From NCBI GenBank assembly GCA_043824495.1, contig JBDRSV010000024.1:1-64000 (forward strand): DNA of 64,000 nucleotides, read 5' to 3'. Under the pieces are notes generated by a model that was not told where the DNA came from, did not search any database, and saw only the letters and a list, made by a program, of their open reading frames with translations. The position numbers were made by a program, and so were the translations under genes. Origin of the DNA: Candidatus Aenigmatarchaeota archaeon. Lineage in GTDB: Archaea > Aenigmatarchaeota > Aenigmatarchaeia > QMZP01. Below, in pieces: positions 1 to 8,563 of this stretch. How positions within the stretch are numbered: position 1 is the first letter of the stretch; every line of letters starts with the position of its first letter.

Positions 1-1
1 G

Positions 2-148
2 AGATATGCTCCATCAGCTATGGAAATAATATCACCTAAAAAACTAAGCATAGACATTGGCGAAGCACAATCAATTCTAAATTCAATGTCAGAAATGATT
101 CATAAGTTCGCAGCAGCAGGATTAGGCGGAGTTATAATTAATTCTTAG
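2..148 (+). CDS. 3' end of a hypothetical protein, truncated by the window start
   Basis: Open frame RYAPSAMEIISPKKL...GGVIINS* ending at TAG 146-148, translated by hand. Confidence 0.6.
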   Translation, partial: RYAPSAMEIISPKKLSIDIGEAQSILNSMSEMIHKFAAAGLGGVIINS

Positions 149-154
149 TTTATA

Positions 155-730
155 TCAGAGTCCAAGTACTAACTGTCTTGGATCAATATATCTTGCTTCT
201 GCGGTATTTACTGGAACTCTTGTTCTGATGATATCAATTAATTCTCCTATTGCATAATCATTCCAATCGGTCTCAAGACTTTCTTCTCTAATATCTTCTA
301 TTCGACGTAAAACATCATAGACTGATTCTATGGGAGCTTTTGGATTCTTTGCAGCAGCATGGGCAACAAAAAGATATCTATGTCCTGTGATATATTCAAG
401 AGCGTTACTAGATACATTTGGGTGATCAGTTATTGTTGTTAGAATATGTTCTATAGCATCACTGTAGATGAATGTAATTGTTGAATTATTGTCAGTTTCA
501 AAATCTGGCCATTCACATACCCTATCAGCAACTATTTCCAGAGCATCGGGTGGAGCATTTCTATTTCTTACTAGTGCAGCATAAGGTTCAACACTTTCAC
601 AATACAAACCTATATCTACAAGATCACTTGGTGGTATGGTGTCTCCAGAAAGTCCAGAAAGAGAACTCCAATCAGAACCATAAAAATCCACTAATTGTGC
701 AGCTCTCTCAAACTCGTTCAATTCAGTCAT
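155..730 (-). CDS. Hypothetical protein with three short helical (LRV/HEAT-like) repeats
   Basis: 191 aa ORF with recurring units LVRNRNAPPDAL, ITDHPNVSSNAL and AAKNPKAPIESV. Confidence 0.6.
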   Translation of the reverse strand: MTELNEFERAAQLVDFYGSDWSSLSGLSGDTIPPSDLVDIGLYCESVEPYAALVRNRNAPPDALEIVADRVCEWPDFETDNNSTITFIYSDAIEHILTTITDHPNVSSNALEYITGHRYLFVAHAAAKNPKAPIESVYDVLRRIEDIREESLETDWNDYAIGELIDIIRTRVPVNTAEARYIDPRQLVLGL

Positions 731-914
731 ATGTTTGATATAATCAGTAGATTTAAGAAAACGTTTATTAGAAATCTCACAGTCTTCTCTGAGTGAATAT
801 TTTGTTGTGCCAGTATGTTTAGGAAAACAGCGACATGAAAGCCTATTTATCTATTGGCATATTGGCACGCCGCTACCATTCGACTTTTATTCTATTCCAA
901 ATAAGATAAATGTG

Positions 915-1862
915 ATGTTTGTGGGAAATAAAAAGATTTTGTTGTCATTGGATGACTTACTAACATCAGATCTTTATTTTAATATATCAAAAAGAGGACG
1001 CCGTGAAATAATAAAAACCAGTAATAACACACTCCCATCAATTGGAAACAGAAAGAGAAAACCTATACTAACTTTATTGTTTAGATTAAATAAAAACATG
1101 TTTATGAGAGGAGACAATTTGAGATTTCTTTTAGATGAATTTAATTTGAGTGTAAGAAAGTTTGAGGCGAATATTGTGTCAATTAAAAGAGGAAACAGTG
1201 GATATAATAATCCAGTAGAAATAAAACTGCCACTAAAACCGACGCCTGAGCTATCACTGTTAATTTCTAAATGCCTTGGTGATGGTAGTGTGTGTAGTGA
1301 TTGGAGATTTGTTTATAGCAACGTAGAGAAAAGACTCATTAATGAAGTTATCGAATGCTCAAGAAAGTGTATAGGAAAGAGTGTATATAAAGTGTATTTT
1401 AGAAGAAATAGAATATATGAAATTAAGTTCCCTTCTGTATTGGGATTCCTTCTTGTTTTAATGGGCGCATCCAGAGGTCTAAAAGTTAAAAATAGATTTA
1501 GAGTTCCTGAATGGATAATGAGTGGAAATAAAGAAATTAAATCGGCGTTCATCAAAGGAATATATGATGATGAGAGTTGTGTGAACTACAGTCAAAGATC
1601 AAGAAGGATTATTCTTGCCATGGGGAAATATGAAAAACATATAGATTCTCTTATAAATTTTCTTAATGATATTAAAGCGTTACTAAATGATAATGGAATT
1701 GAATCTGGAAAGATAAATTTCCAGCAAAAGGTAAAAAATACTGTAATATTAAGATTTGTAATTTATAGGAAAGTGAATTTTGAAAAATTTCAAAAGTGTG
1801 TGGGATTTTCTCATCCTAAAAAGCAAAAAATGTTAACAAAGATATGCAACAGCTATAATTAG
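915..1862 (+). CDS. Free-standing double-motif LAGLIDADG endonuclease-like protein
   Basis: Motif 1 LISKCLGDGSV and motif 2 AFIKGIYDDESCV, with a typical C-terminal 'F...GF.HP.K...L' tail. ATG 915 is preferred over GTG 807. No intein splicing residues seen. Confidence 0.75.
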   Translation: MFVGNKKILLSLDDLLTSDLYFNISKRGRREIIKTSNNTLPSIGNRKRKPILTLLFRLNKNMFMRGDNLRFLLDEFNLSVRKFEANIVSIKRGNSGYNNPVEIKLPLKPTPELSLLISKCLGDGSVCSDWRFVYSNVEKRLINEVIECSRKCIGKSVYKVYFRRNRIYEIKFPSVLGFLLVLMGASRGLKVKNRFRVPEWIMSGNKEIKSAFIKGIYDDESCVNYSQRSRRIILAMGKYEKHIDSLINFLNDIKALLNDNGIESGKINFQQKVKNTVILRFVIYRKVNFEKFQKCVGFSHPKKQKMLTKICNSYN

Positions 1863-3046
1863 AAATCACTTAGTCTCTTCTGTCTCAAAATAACACTCTT
1901 CTTCATGTATTCTGGTACAGAAATCCTAAGTTTTGAATTGAGATGCATTAAAGCCTCTTGTTTGGTATTAAATTTACTGTGAGGTTGTTCGAATGCATGT
2001 CTGACATTTTCTAGAATCTGCCAACTTCCTACAGGAATTGTGTATCCTTCGTATACTTCTCTGAACACCACTACACGGGCTTGTTTCTTTAAGCCTTTCA
2101 ATCCAATCGTCGTCCCGAGACGCGAACTATAGAAGCCGCCCGCTTGACTATGTGCATATATTGTTCTTCCTCTGTAAGGTTCATATTCTCCTATTATTCT
2201 GGATTGAGTTTGTGTTGACCAATTAGATCCTGGAGCCCAGACTTCAAAGTTTTCAAATTCCCAATTTCCTGGCATAATAAGAATTTCGAAATGGTTGTCA
2301 AGGTATTCACTAGAGTAAACTCTGTACTCGTTTATGGAAGGAAATTGTTTTATTTCTTTGATTAGATTATCTGCAATAATAGATTGAATTCCTGTCAGGG
2401 ACCATCTAGTCGGGACAATTTTCTTATTTTCTTGCTTGCCCATAACACCAGAACTAAATATACTTGAAATCTTGTATACATCTACTCCTGATTTATAGAG
2501 TAAATATGCCTGCTCTGCAGCTTTCAAGTCATCTGATACTATGCGCTCTACTGGCCTTGCTATTTTTACGTTTTCAGTAATTTTTAGTTTTTCCAGAGTG
2601 GCTGTAGGTCCCATTGGTTGAATAGAATCTGAAAGACTGAAATTATATACAGGAACTTTCTTGAATGTTATTTCTGTGTCTGTAGATCTTTTTGCTAGAG
2701 CAAGCTCTTGATTCTCAGAAATAAATCTAGATCGTGAGAAAATGTTTTCTTTTTGTTGAGAACGTATCAGAAGAGAACGAAATTCTATTATTTCTTGATA
2801 GGACTTACCAAACCAGTTTGCTGGATTATCTATATTTGATTGTTCTTCTAAACCAGCCATTGGTCCTATGTTCACATTTGGATATCCATAATGTCCTACA
2901 AAGACTGAATAGCTTGGTCCAAAGAAATCTTTCTTAAGTTTCTCAGATACTCTCTTTTGCAAATTGAAATCCTTAGGAAGAGGATAGCTCTTATGAATAC
3001 AAAATGGTCTTTTATCTGTACAAATTGGGCACTTTGTGCTAACCAT
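1859..3046 (-). CDS. nreA: Nre-family archaeal DNA repair protein (PCNA-interacting)
   Basis: N-terminal CPIC...FC, SVFVGHYGYPNVNIGP, IVPTRWS, YLDNHFEIL, and a C-terminal PIP box QKRLSDF. Start placed at MVSTK (3046); the ORF track starts at 3097. Confidence 0.88.
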   Translation of the reverse strand: MVSTKCPICTDKRPFCIHKSYPLPKDFNLQKRVSEKLKKDFFGPSYSVFVGHYGYPNVNIGPMAGLEEQSNIDNPANWFGKSYQEIIEFRSLLIRSQQKENIFSRSRFISENQELALAKRSTDTEITFKKVPVYNFSLSDSIQPMGPTATLEKLKITENVKIARPVERIVSDDLKAAEQAYLLYKSGVDVYKISSIFSSGVMGKQENKKIVPTRWSLTGIQSIIADNLIKEIKQFPSINEYRVYSSEYLDNHFEILIMPGNWEFENFEVWAPGSNWSTQTQSRIIGEYEPYRGRTIYAHSQAGGFYSSRLGTTIGLKGLKKQARVVVFREVYEGYTIPVGSWQILENVRHAFEQPHSKFNTKQEALMHLNSKLRISVPEYMKKSVILRQKRLSDF

Positions 3047-3141
3047 GATTAAACTTGGGAAAGAAATTATAAAATCCTGAGGGTAGTACCGTGCCAATAT
3101 GCCAATAAAATGTATTTTAATACTGAACTGTTATTAAGATC

Positions 3142-4476
3142 ATGGTCAGGATAGAAGACGTCACAGAATTTTATAATGAAGAATTGCAAAAGAATCCCAA
3201 AGAGACAGAAAGGCTCCATGAGTTTATACGTAAACAGTACGTAAAGCACGATATAAGAATAGGTGAAAAGACTCTTCCTTTCTTCTTGACGCCACATTTC
3301 ATCACTAGCGATCTCGAAACCAAGCTAAAAGAGTACTCTAATTGTATTATGGGTATACTAAACAAAATAGGTAAATATTATTTCAAAAAAGGATTTAATG
3401 ATATACGTGAAGATGATCCACTAAATGATTTCATAGAATTGAATAGTGGTTATACTTCAATAAGTCCTATAAGCAGGCTGGATCTTTTTGTTAATGGAGA
3501 CGAGATTAAGTTTCTAGAGTTTAATACAGATAGTCCTTCAGGTATCGGAAGATTGGATGTGATTTACAATGCCTTCTTTTCACTTGAACCTGTCAAGAAA
3601 GTGGACAGAGAATTTAAAGTGAAAAAGCCGCCAAATGCTAGAAGAATACTTCTGAAGGCAATACTTGATTGTTATAAAGAATATAATGGGAAAGAAAATC
3701 CTGTTATAGCTATGGTGGACTGGAGAGATGTCAAGACAATGTCAGATCAAATTCTTGTAAAAAACTTTTTCTGTTCCAGTGGATATGAAACAATTATTTG
3801 TAGTCCACGAGATCTAACATATGATGGTGAATGCTTGTATTTCAAAGACAAGAAGATAGATGTAGTTTACAAAAGAGTTATTGCGCCTGAACTTCTAAAT
3901 AACGAGGGCTCAGATAATTTACTAAATGCAGTTCGTGATGGAAAGGTGTGTCTCATAAACCCTATAAAATCATTTTTAGCTGGACATAAAGATATTTTAC
4001 ATCACTTAAGTAATGGTGACTTTGATGATATTCTGGACGAAGAAGAAAAAAATGTTATAAGAAAAACAATTCCGTGGTCTAGAGACATGAAGAACGAAGA
4101 GACAACAGACATCTCAGGGAAGAAAATAAATCTTATGAATTTTGTGAAAAACAATAAAGATAGTCTTGTTCTGAAACCTTCAGGAGGGTATGGAGGAGAA
4201 GGTGTTGTTATAGGTAAATTTATTGACCAAGAAGAATGGTTGTCCACAATTAAAAAAATGGGAGACGATGAGTGGATTGTGCAGGAATTTGTGCAGATAC
4301 CAGAAATCAAAGTTCCTATAATGGGAGATAAAATAACATTCGAGTCTAGGTTTATTAACATAAACACTTTTGTTCTGAATGGAAAATATGCGTATTCTGT
4401 ATCTCGTATATCCAAAAATCCAGTGATCAATACCAGCAAGGGTGGAGGCTTCATTCCGACATTTGTCGTTGGATAG
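3142..4476 (+). CDS. Circularly permuted ATP-grasp amide ligase (glutathionylspermidine-synthase-like)
   Basis: RLDLF, KFLEFNTDSPSG (ExN), VVYKRV, LVLKPSGGYGGEGVVIG and WIVQEFV, in the permuted order. Confidence 0.85.
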   Translation: MVRIEDVTEFYNEELQKNPKETERLHEFIRKQYVKHDIRIGEKTLPFFLTPHFITSDLETKLKEYSNCIMGILNKIGKYYFKKGFNDIREDDPLNDFIELNSGYTSISPISRLDLFVNGDEIKFLEFNTDSPSGIGRLDVIYNAFFSLEPVKKVDREFKVKKPPNARRILLKAILDCYKEYNGKENPVIAMVDWRDVKTMSDQILVKNFFCSSGYETIICSPRDLTYDGECLYFKDKKIDVVYKRVIAPELLNNEGSDNLLNAVRDGKVCLINPIKSFLAGHKDILHHLSNGDFDDILDEEEKNVIRKTIPWSRDMKNEETTDISGKKINLMNFVKNNKDSLVLKPSGGYGGEGVVIGKFIDQEEWLSTIKKMGDDEWIVQEFVQIPEIKVPIMGDKITFESRFININTFVLNGKYAYSVSRISKNPVINTSKGGGFIPTFVVG

Positions 4477-4531
4477 TTCGGGTTTCTGAAAAGTTTATAG
4501 GCATGCATGAACAATAAATATTTAGATTAAA

Positions 4532-5335
4532 ATGGAGAGATGGGCACATTATTCACCTGGAAAAGAGAATGCTAAATTCTATGAGAGAATCTTTGAGAAT
4601 GTCGTAATCGTTGACTCTCATGCACATTTAGGTATTGATTTAGATGGGTATAAGACAGATGTTAGAGGATTGATTAAGTCAGTTAAGAAACAAAAAATAG
4701 ATAAAACAATAATTTTCCCTTTTAATGACCCAAAGCCAGGGAAGGCTTTCTCTGCACCTAATGATAGAATTTTCGAAGCCTATATGAAACACCCAAAACA
4801 CATAATACCGTTTTTTAGATTGAATCCAAAATATGCCTGGAAAAAAGAATTTGATACTAGACTAAGACAGGGATTTTACGGTGTTAAATTGCACCCAAAT
4901 GCTCAGAAATTTAAAATATCATCTAAACACGTTTTAAATATCTGCAAAGAAGCTGAGAAAGAAAAACTTCCAGTACTTATGCATACTGGTCTTGGTTTAA
5001 GTAAAATAGGAGACAGTGTAGATAAGTTAGTAAAAGCTTGTCCAAACTTAAAGCTAATATTAGGTCATGCAGCATTTGTTGACATGGCTTATACAGTAAA
5101 GTTGTTGGATGGAAATCCAAATGTATTCTTTGATACTTCAACACTGAAGATATTTGATTTGTTCCAATTAATACAAACAGTGTCACACAAACAGATTCTT
5201 TTCGGTTCAGATTACCCATACTATAACCAGACTTTAGCCATGGAAATGCTTATAGATACTGCACTGATACTTAACAAAACACCTTCCCAGATAAAAGAAA
5301 TTCTAGGAAAAAATATTATGAGATGTGTGTCATGA
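4532..5335 (+). CDS. Metal-dependent amidohydrolase (Amidohydro_2-type TIM barrel)
   Basis: DSHAH, VKLHP, LMHTG, ILGH and LFGSDYPY metal-binding motifs. Confidence 0.85.
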   Translation: MERWAHYSPGKENAKFYERIFENVVIVDSHAHLGIDLDGYKTDVRGLIKSVKKQKIDKTIIFPFNDPKPGKAFSAPNDRIFEAYMKHPKHIIPFFRLNPKYAWKKEFDTRLRQGFYGVKLHPNAQKFKISSKHVLNICKEAEKEKLPVLMHTGLGLSKIGDSVDKLVKACPNLKLILGHAAFVDMAYTVKLLDGNPNVFFDTSTLKIFDLFQLIQTVSHKQILFGSDYPYYNQTLAMEMLIDTALILNKTPSQIKEILGKNIMRCVS

Positions 5336-5772
5336 CGGAAAAAAAAGCCTCGCCGCTTAAAGAAATTCAAGAGAAAGTGAAATCACAGATTCCAGCTAGA
5401 AAGATTAATGAATATCTCAAACCTTTTGCAGATGTTCTTTTCACGAAACAGGAAAAAAAGAATATTGTAGAAAGAGTTTATTATCTTAGAATATATGCTA
5501 TGCTTGCATATGCTCTTGTTCTTATGAATAGTACAAGTTACAAAAGAGCTTTCAATAGATTAGAAATCCTAAAAAATCTTACTAGAAATCCCATAACTGA
5601 GAAGGAATCTATTTACGTGAAGCACATAGATGGTCTTGTTAGAAGCATAATAAAAGATAAGAAAAAAATAGTGATGCGTCTAAAAAAAGAAGAAAGTCAT
5701 GATCCTGTGCATGCAAAAACAAGATTACAACTAGCACAGAACATAAGTATAATCAGAATTCTAAAGAACTAA
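5323..5772 (+). CDS. Hypothetical basic, helical protein
   Basis: ORF overlapping the amidohydrolase stop and converging on the next gene (4-nt overlap). No recognised motif. Confidence 0.6.
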   Translation: MCVMTEKKASPLKEIQEKVKSQIPARKINEYLKPFADVLFTKQEKKNIVERVYYLRIYAMLAYALVLMNSTSYKRAFNRLEILKNLTRNPITEKESIYVKHIDGLVRSIIKDKKKIVMRLKKEESHDPVHAKTRLQLAQNISIIRILKN

Positions 5773-7199
5773 TCTTCTTCCTGAATCTCTTCTAATGATT
5801 TTCTAGCAATAACTATTTCCTTGAATAATCTCTTAGAATGGATTAAAGCTATTTCTCTTGATATGTCTTTTGTTAGAGGTCCTTTAGGATCAGCTCCTAA
5901 TTTCTTTGCCTCTGCCATTATTTGATCGGAGACGGTTTTTCTGTCATCTATCATCTTGGCAAAAGGATCTAACAATTTCTTATGACTTTTAGGGGCTAGC
6001 GTGGTTCCTAGTTTAAGTAACCTCTTACAGTATTCATAAACTTCATTATTTTCTAGACCATCAAAAGCAGCATGCTTCTGAAGTGTTTGTCTAACATATG
6101 TATGTGGTGGTATGTAGAGCGTGTTATCTTCCATCTTAAATGGATCCTTTATTCCAATATCAGATGCTACAACATTTATGAATTCTTCTTGGACTTCTTT
6201 TAGAATATACTTGATAAGCATTGATGCTGCAGTTATCATTAGAGGGTGATTCATATCCATGCCTCTCTGTTCAATTGTCCCGTTAGCATTGATCTTTACG
6301 GGGTTCCATGTTGTATCTAGAATAGAACCATGTTTTGCAAATACCCTGAATTTTATGTCAGCTTTTTTGAGAACATCCTTCCACATGTTATGCTTCTTAG
6401 AAATTAAATGAATAAGATCAGTACTTGTGTGTTTGTATGGTTGTAGTGCTCCAAAGTTTTGAAATTGTGCATACAATCCTTGTGGATAGTTGAAAACTGG
6501 ACCTCCTCTATATACAATCATTCTAGAATCCTTTCCCATATATCTTCCCTGATAAAAAGGAGATGATTGCATGAATGTTGTGAGACCAGGATCCATAGCT
6601 ATAAGCAAGTTATAAGAATTAACCATATTTTCTTTGTTTTTTGAATCTTTGAGATTTTTGATATGTTTGGTATTGGGATCAAATACTCCCCAAGGTAGTG
6701 TGTAATGGCAATGGAATCCAATACATCTACCAGCAATAGCGAATCTTGTCTTACCAAAGATTTGTTCTTTGATTTTGTATGGTTTGTCTGGTCTCATCTC
6801 TGGTGCAAATACTCCAGGATATGTTCCAAGAGTGAATATTTTATAGCCTTCTGTCTCTGCTGAAAGGAGCAGACCTTCAAAGCTTCGTATAATATTGAGT
6901 ACGGTATCTTGGATGGTGACATGTGGGAAACTTGTTAACTCAAGCATGTTTTTGCCAGCTTCCTTCTTTATGGTTATGTCAAGATAATTTTTCTTGACCG
7001 ATTTGAGTAGAACATCAGCTGTATTGACTACATCCCCTTCTTCGTTTAGAACAAACATCTCTGCTTCTAGCCCAAGCCTGATTTTTTTTACGTTCTTAGG
7101 CTTCTCTTTATCAATAGACATAGACTCTAAACTAAGTGTATTTTCGATGCTAACATTTTCCACCGCATTATTTACAATATTGATACTTTCTTCGTACAT
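5769..7199 (-). CDS. Glutamate-cysteine ligase family 2 (GCS2/YbdK-like) carboxylate-amine ligase
   Basis: LGLEAEMFVLN, KEAGKNMLEL, CIGFHCHY, SSPFYQG, SRM and IEQRGMD match the GCS2 pattern. Start placed at MYEE (7199). Confidence 0.78.
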   Translation of the reverse strand: MYEESINIVNNAVENVSIENTLSLESMSIDKEKPKNVKKIRLGLEAEMFVLNEEGDVVNTADVLLKSVKKNYLDITIKKEAGKNMLELTSFPHVTIQDTVLNIIRSFEGLLLSAETEGYKIFTLGTYPGVFAPEMRPDKPYKIKEQIFGKTRFAIAGRCIGFHCHYTLPWGVFDPNTKHIKNLKDSKNKENMVNSYNLLIAMDPGLTTFMQSSPFYQGRYMGKDSRMIVYRGGPVFNYPQGLYAQFQNFGALQPYKHTSTDLIHLISKKHNMWKDVLKKADIKFRVFAKHGSILDTTWNPVKINANGTIEQRGMDMNHPLMITAASMLIKYILKEVQEEFINVVASDIGIKDPFKMEDNTLYIPPHTYVRQTLQKHAAFDGLENNEVYEYCKRLLKLGTTLAPKSHKKLLDPFAKMIDDRKTVSDQIMAEAKKLGADPKGPLTKDISREIALIHSKRLFKEIVIARKSLEEIQEED

Positions 7200-7498
7200 T
7201 AAACAACCCCTGCCCAAAAATAAAATAAAATTAAATGTGACTATTATTTTCTAAGAGAAGACCATTTTAGAGTTCTTCTTCTTCTTCACACGATTTAATT
7301 AACATCTGTAACACCTTGGATTGAGTATAGAAAAGTTTGGTTTAAAAAGATATGCTTTTAGTCGACGGTTGTCGAATTTTCTTTATAACGGCGTTATAAT
7401 TAAATCCAAAAACTAAAGATTTATTAAGCTCAAAGACTATTAGAAGTAACTCAAATTCTAAATGTAAACAATTTAAATAAAAAGGAACATGATTAGTT

Positions 7499-8170
7499 AT
7501 GGAATGTCCAAGATGTAAATATAAAATACAAAAAGACTGGAAGTTCTGTCCTGAATGCGGATTAGGACGAAGTAATACGGTTAGTTTTAATATTAATGAT
7601 ATTTTCTCTCGAATGAGAAAAGAAATGAAAAATACAGAGGAATCGATGGACAGAAGCTTTGAAGCAGTTGATCTTTCTCCATTCTTCAAAGAAATGGGAA
7701 AATCCAAACCATTTTTAATAAAGCCTCAAGGTACTGGTTTCTCAATAAGAATAGTTCGTGCGGGAGATGAGAAACCTAAGGTTAGTGTAAAGACCTTCGG
7801 CGGAATGGAAAGAAAGAATGTGATGGGAGAGGTTTATGATGAATTCAATTTGAAGCCAGATGAAAAAACAATGGAAACGAGGAAGACGGGGGAGGATGAA
7901 TACGTCAAAAGGATCGAAAAAGTAGCTCCTAAGAGCACAGAGGAGCCAGAATCCAGTATTAAGAGAGTTGGAGCCAAAGTCTTAGTAGACATCAAACTAC
8001 CTAACGTAAAAAAGAAGCAAGACATCCAAGTAAAAGAGCTCCCAAATTCTGTTGAAGTCAGAGCTCTAACAAAGGATAAATTATACTTCAAAATACTTAC
8101 AAAACCAGTAAACTCTACTATATCCAATCATGAATTCAGGAAAGGTGTTCTACACCTGGAGTTTAACTAA
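7499..8170 (+). CDS. Zinc-ribbon protein with a C-terminal Hsp20/CS-like domain
   Basis: CPRC...FCPECG at the N-terminus; C-terminal VDIKLPNVKK..IQV..L.NSVEVRA...LYFKIL...GVL.LEF resembles an alpha-crystallin fold. Confidence 0.7.
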   Translation: MECPRCKYKIQKDWKFCPECGLGRSNTVSFNINDIFSRMRKEMKNTEESMDRSFEAVDLSPFFKEMGKSKPFLIKPQGTGFSIRIVRAGDEKPKVSVKTFGGMERKNVMGEVYDEFNLKPDEKTMETRKTGEDEYVKRIEKVAPKSTEEPESSIKRVGAKVLVDIKLPNVKKKQDIQVKELPNSVEVRALTKDKLYFKILTKPVNSTISNHEFRKGVLHLEFN

Positions 8171-8511
8171 TCACTGGATAAGTCTGTCATTTTCTCAGGT
8201 GGGATTTCAGCTTTTACATATTTGAGTAACTCAAAGAATTCATTATTTATATCTTCTGGTCTGATTTCGTTTTCTGCTATTCTTTTTGCTAATGATTCAA
8301 GGAATTTCAAAGCTTCTTCATTATCATTTAAAGATCTTAATTTAGAACCTCTTACGTTTCTGTTATATTGAGAAATAGCAGGTTGTGAAATACCAAGTTT
8401 TTCAGCGGCTTGTTTTTGTGACAACCCATAATCACTTGTCAACTTCTTTGCGATCACAGAACGTGCGGCAGGAAGTATCTCTTGGACAAGTATCTCGAAA
8501 ACAGATTTCAT
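8167..8511 (-). CDS. Predicted HTH transcriptional regulator (COG2522-like)
   Basis: EILVQEILPAARSVIAKKL followed by the HTH LSQKQAAEKLGISQPAISQY and RG. Confidence 0.8.
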   Translation of the reverse strand: MKSVFEILVQEILPAARSVIAKKLTSDYGLSQKQAAEKLGISQPAISQYNRNVRGSKLRSLNDNEEALKFLESLAKRIAENEIRPEDINNEFFELLKYVKAEIPPEKMTDLSSD

Positions 8512-8563
8512 AAAATAGAATTAGAAAACGGATTTATAAAGGTATAACATCGTTATTGAGACG

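Noticed and set aside
807-1862. Intein or intron-encoded homing endonuclease
   Set aside because: No N-terminal Cys/Ser splice block, no C-terminal His-Asn and no interrupted host gene. The same holds for 37147-38463.
7267-7305. Tiny minus-strand ORF MLIKSCEEEEEL upstream of the GCS2 ligase as a precursor peptide
   Set aside because: Only 12 aa, arising from a TTC microsatellite, with no clear ribosome-binding site; indistinguishable from chance without Ribo-seq or conservation.
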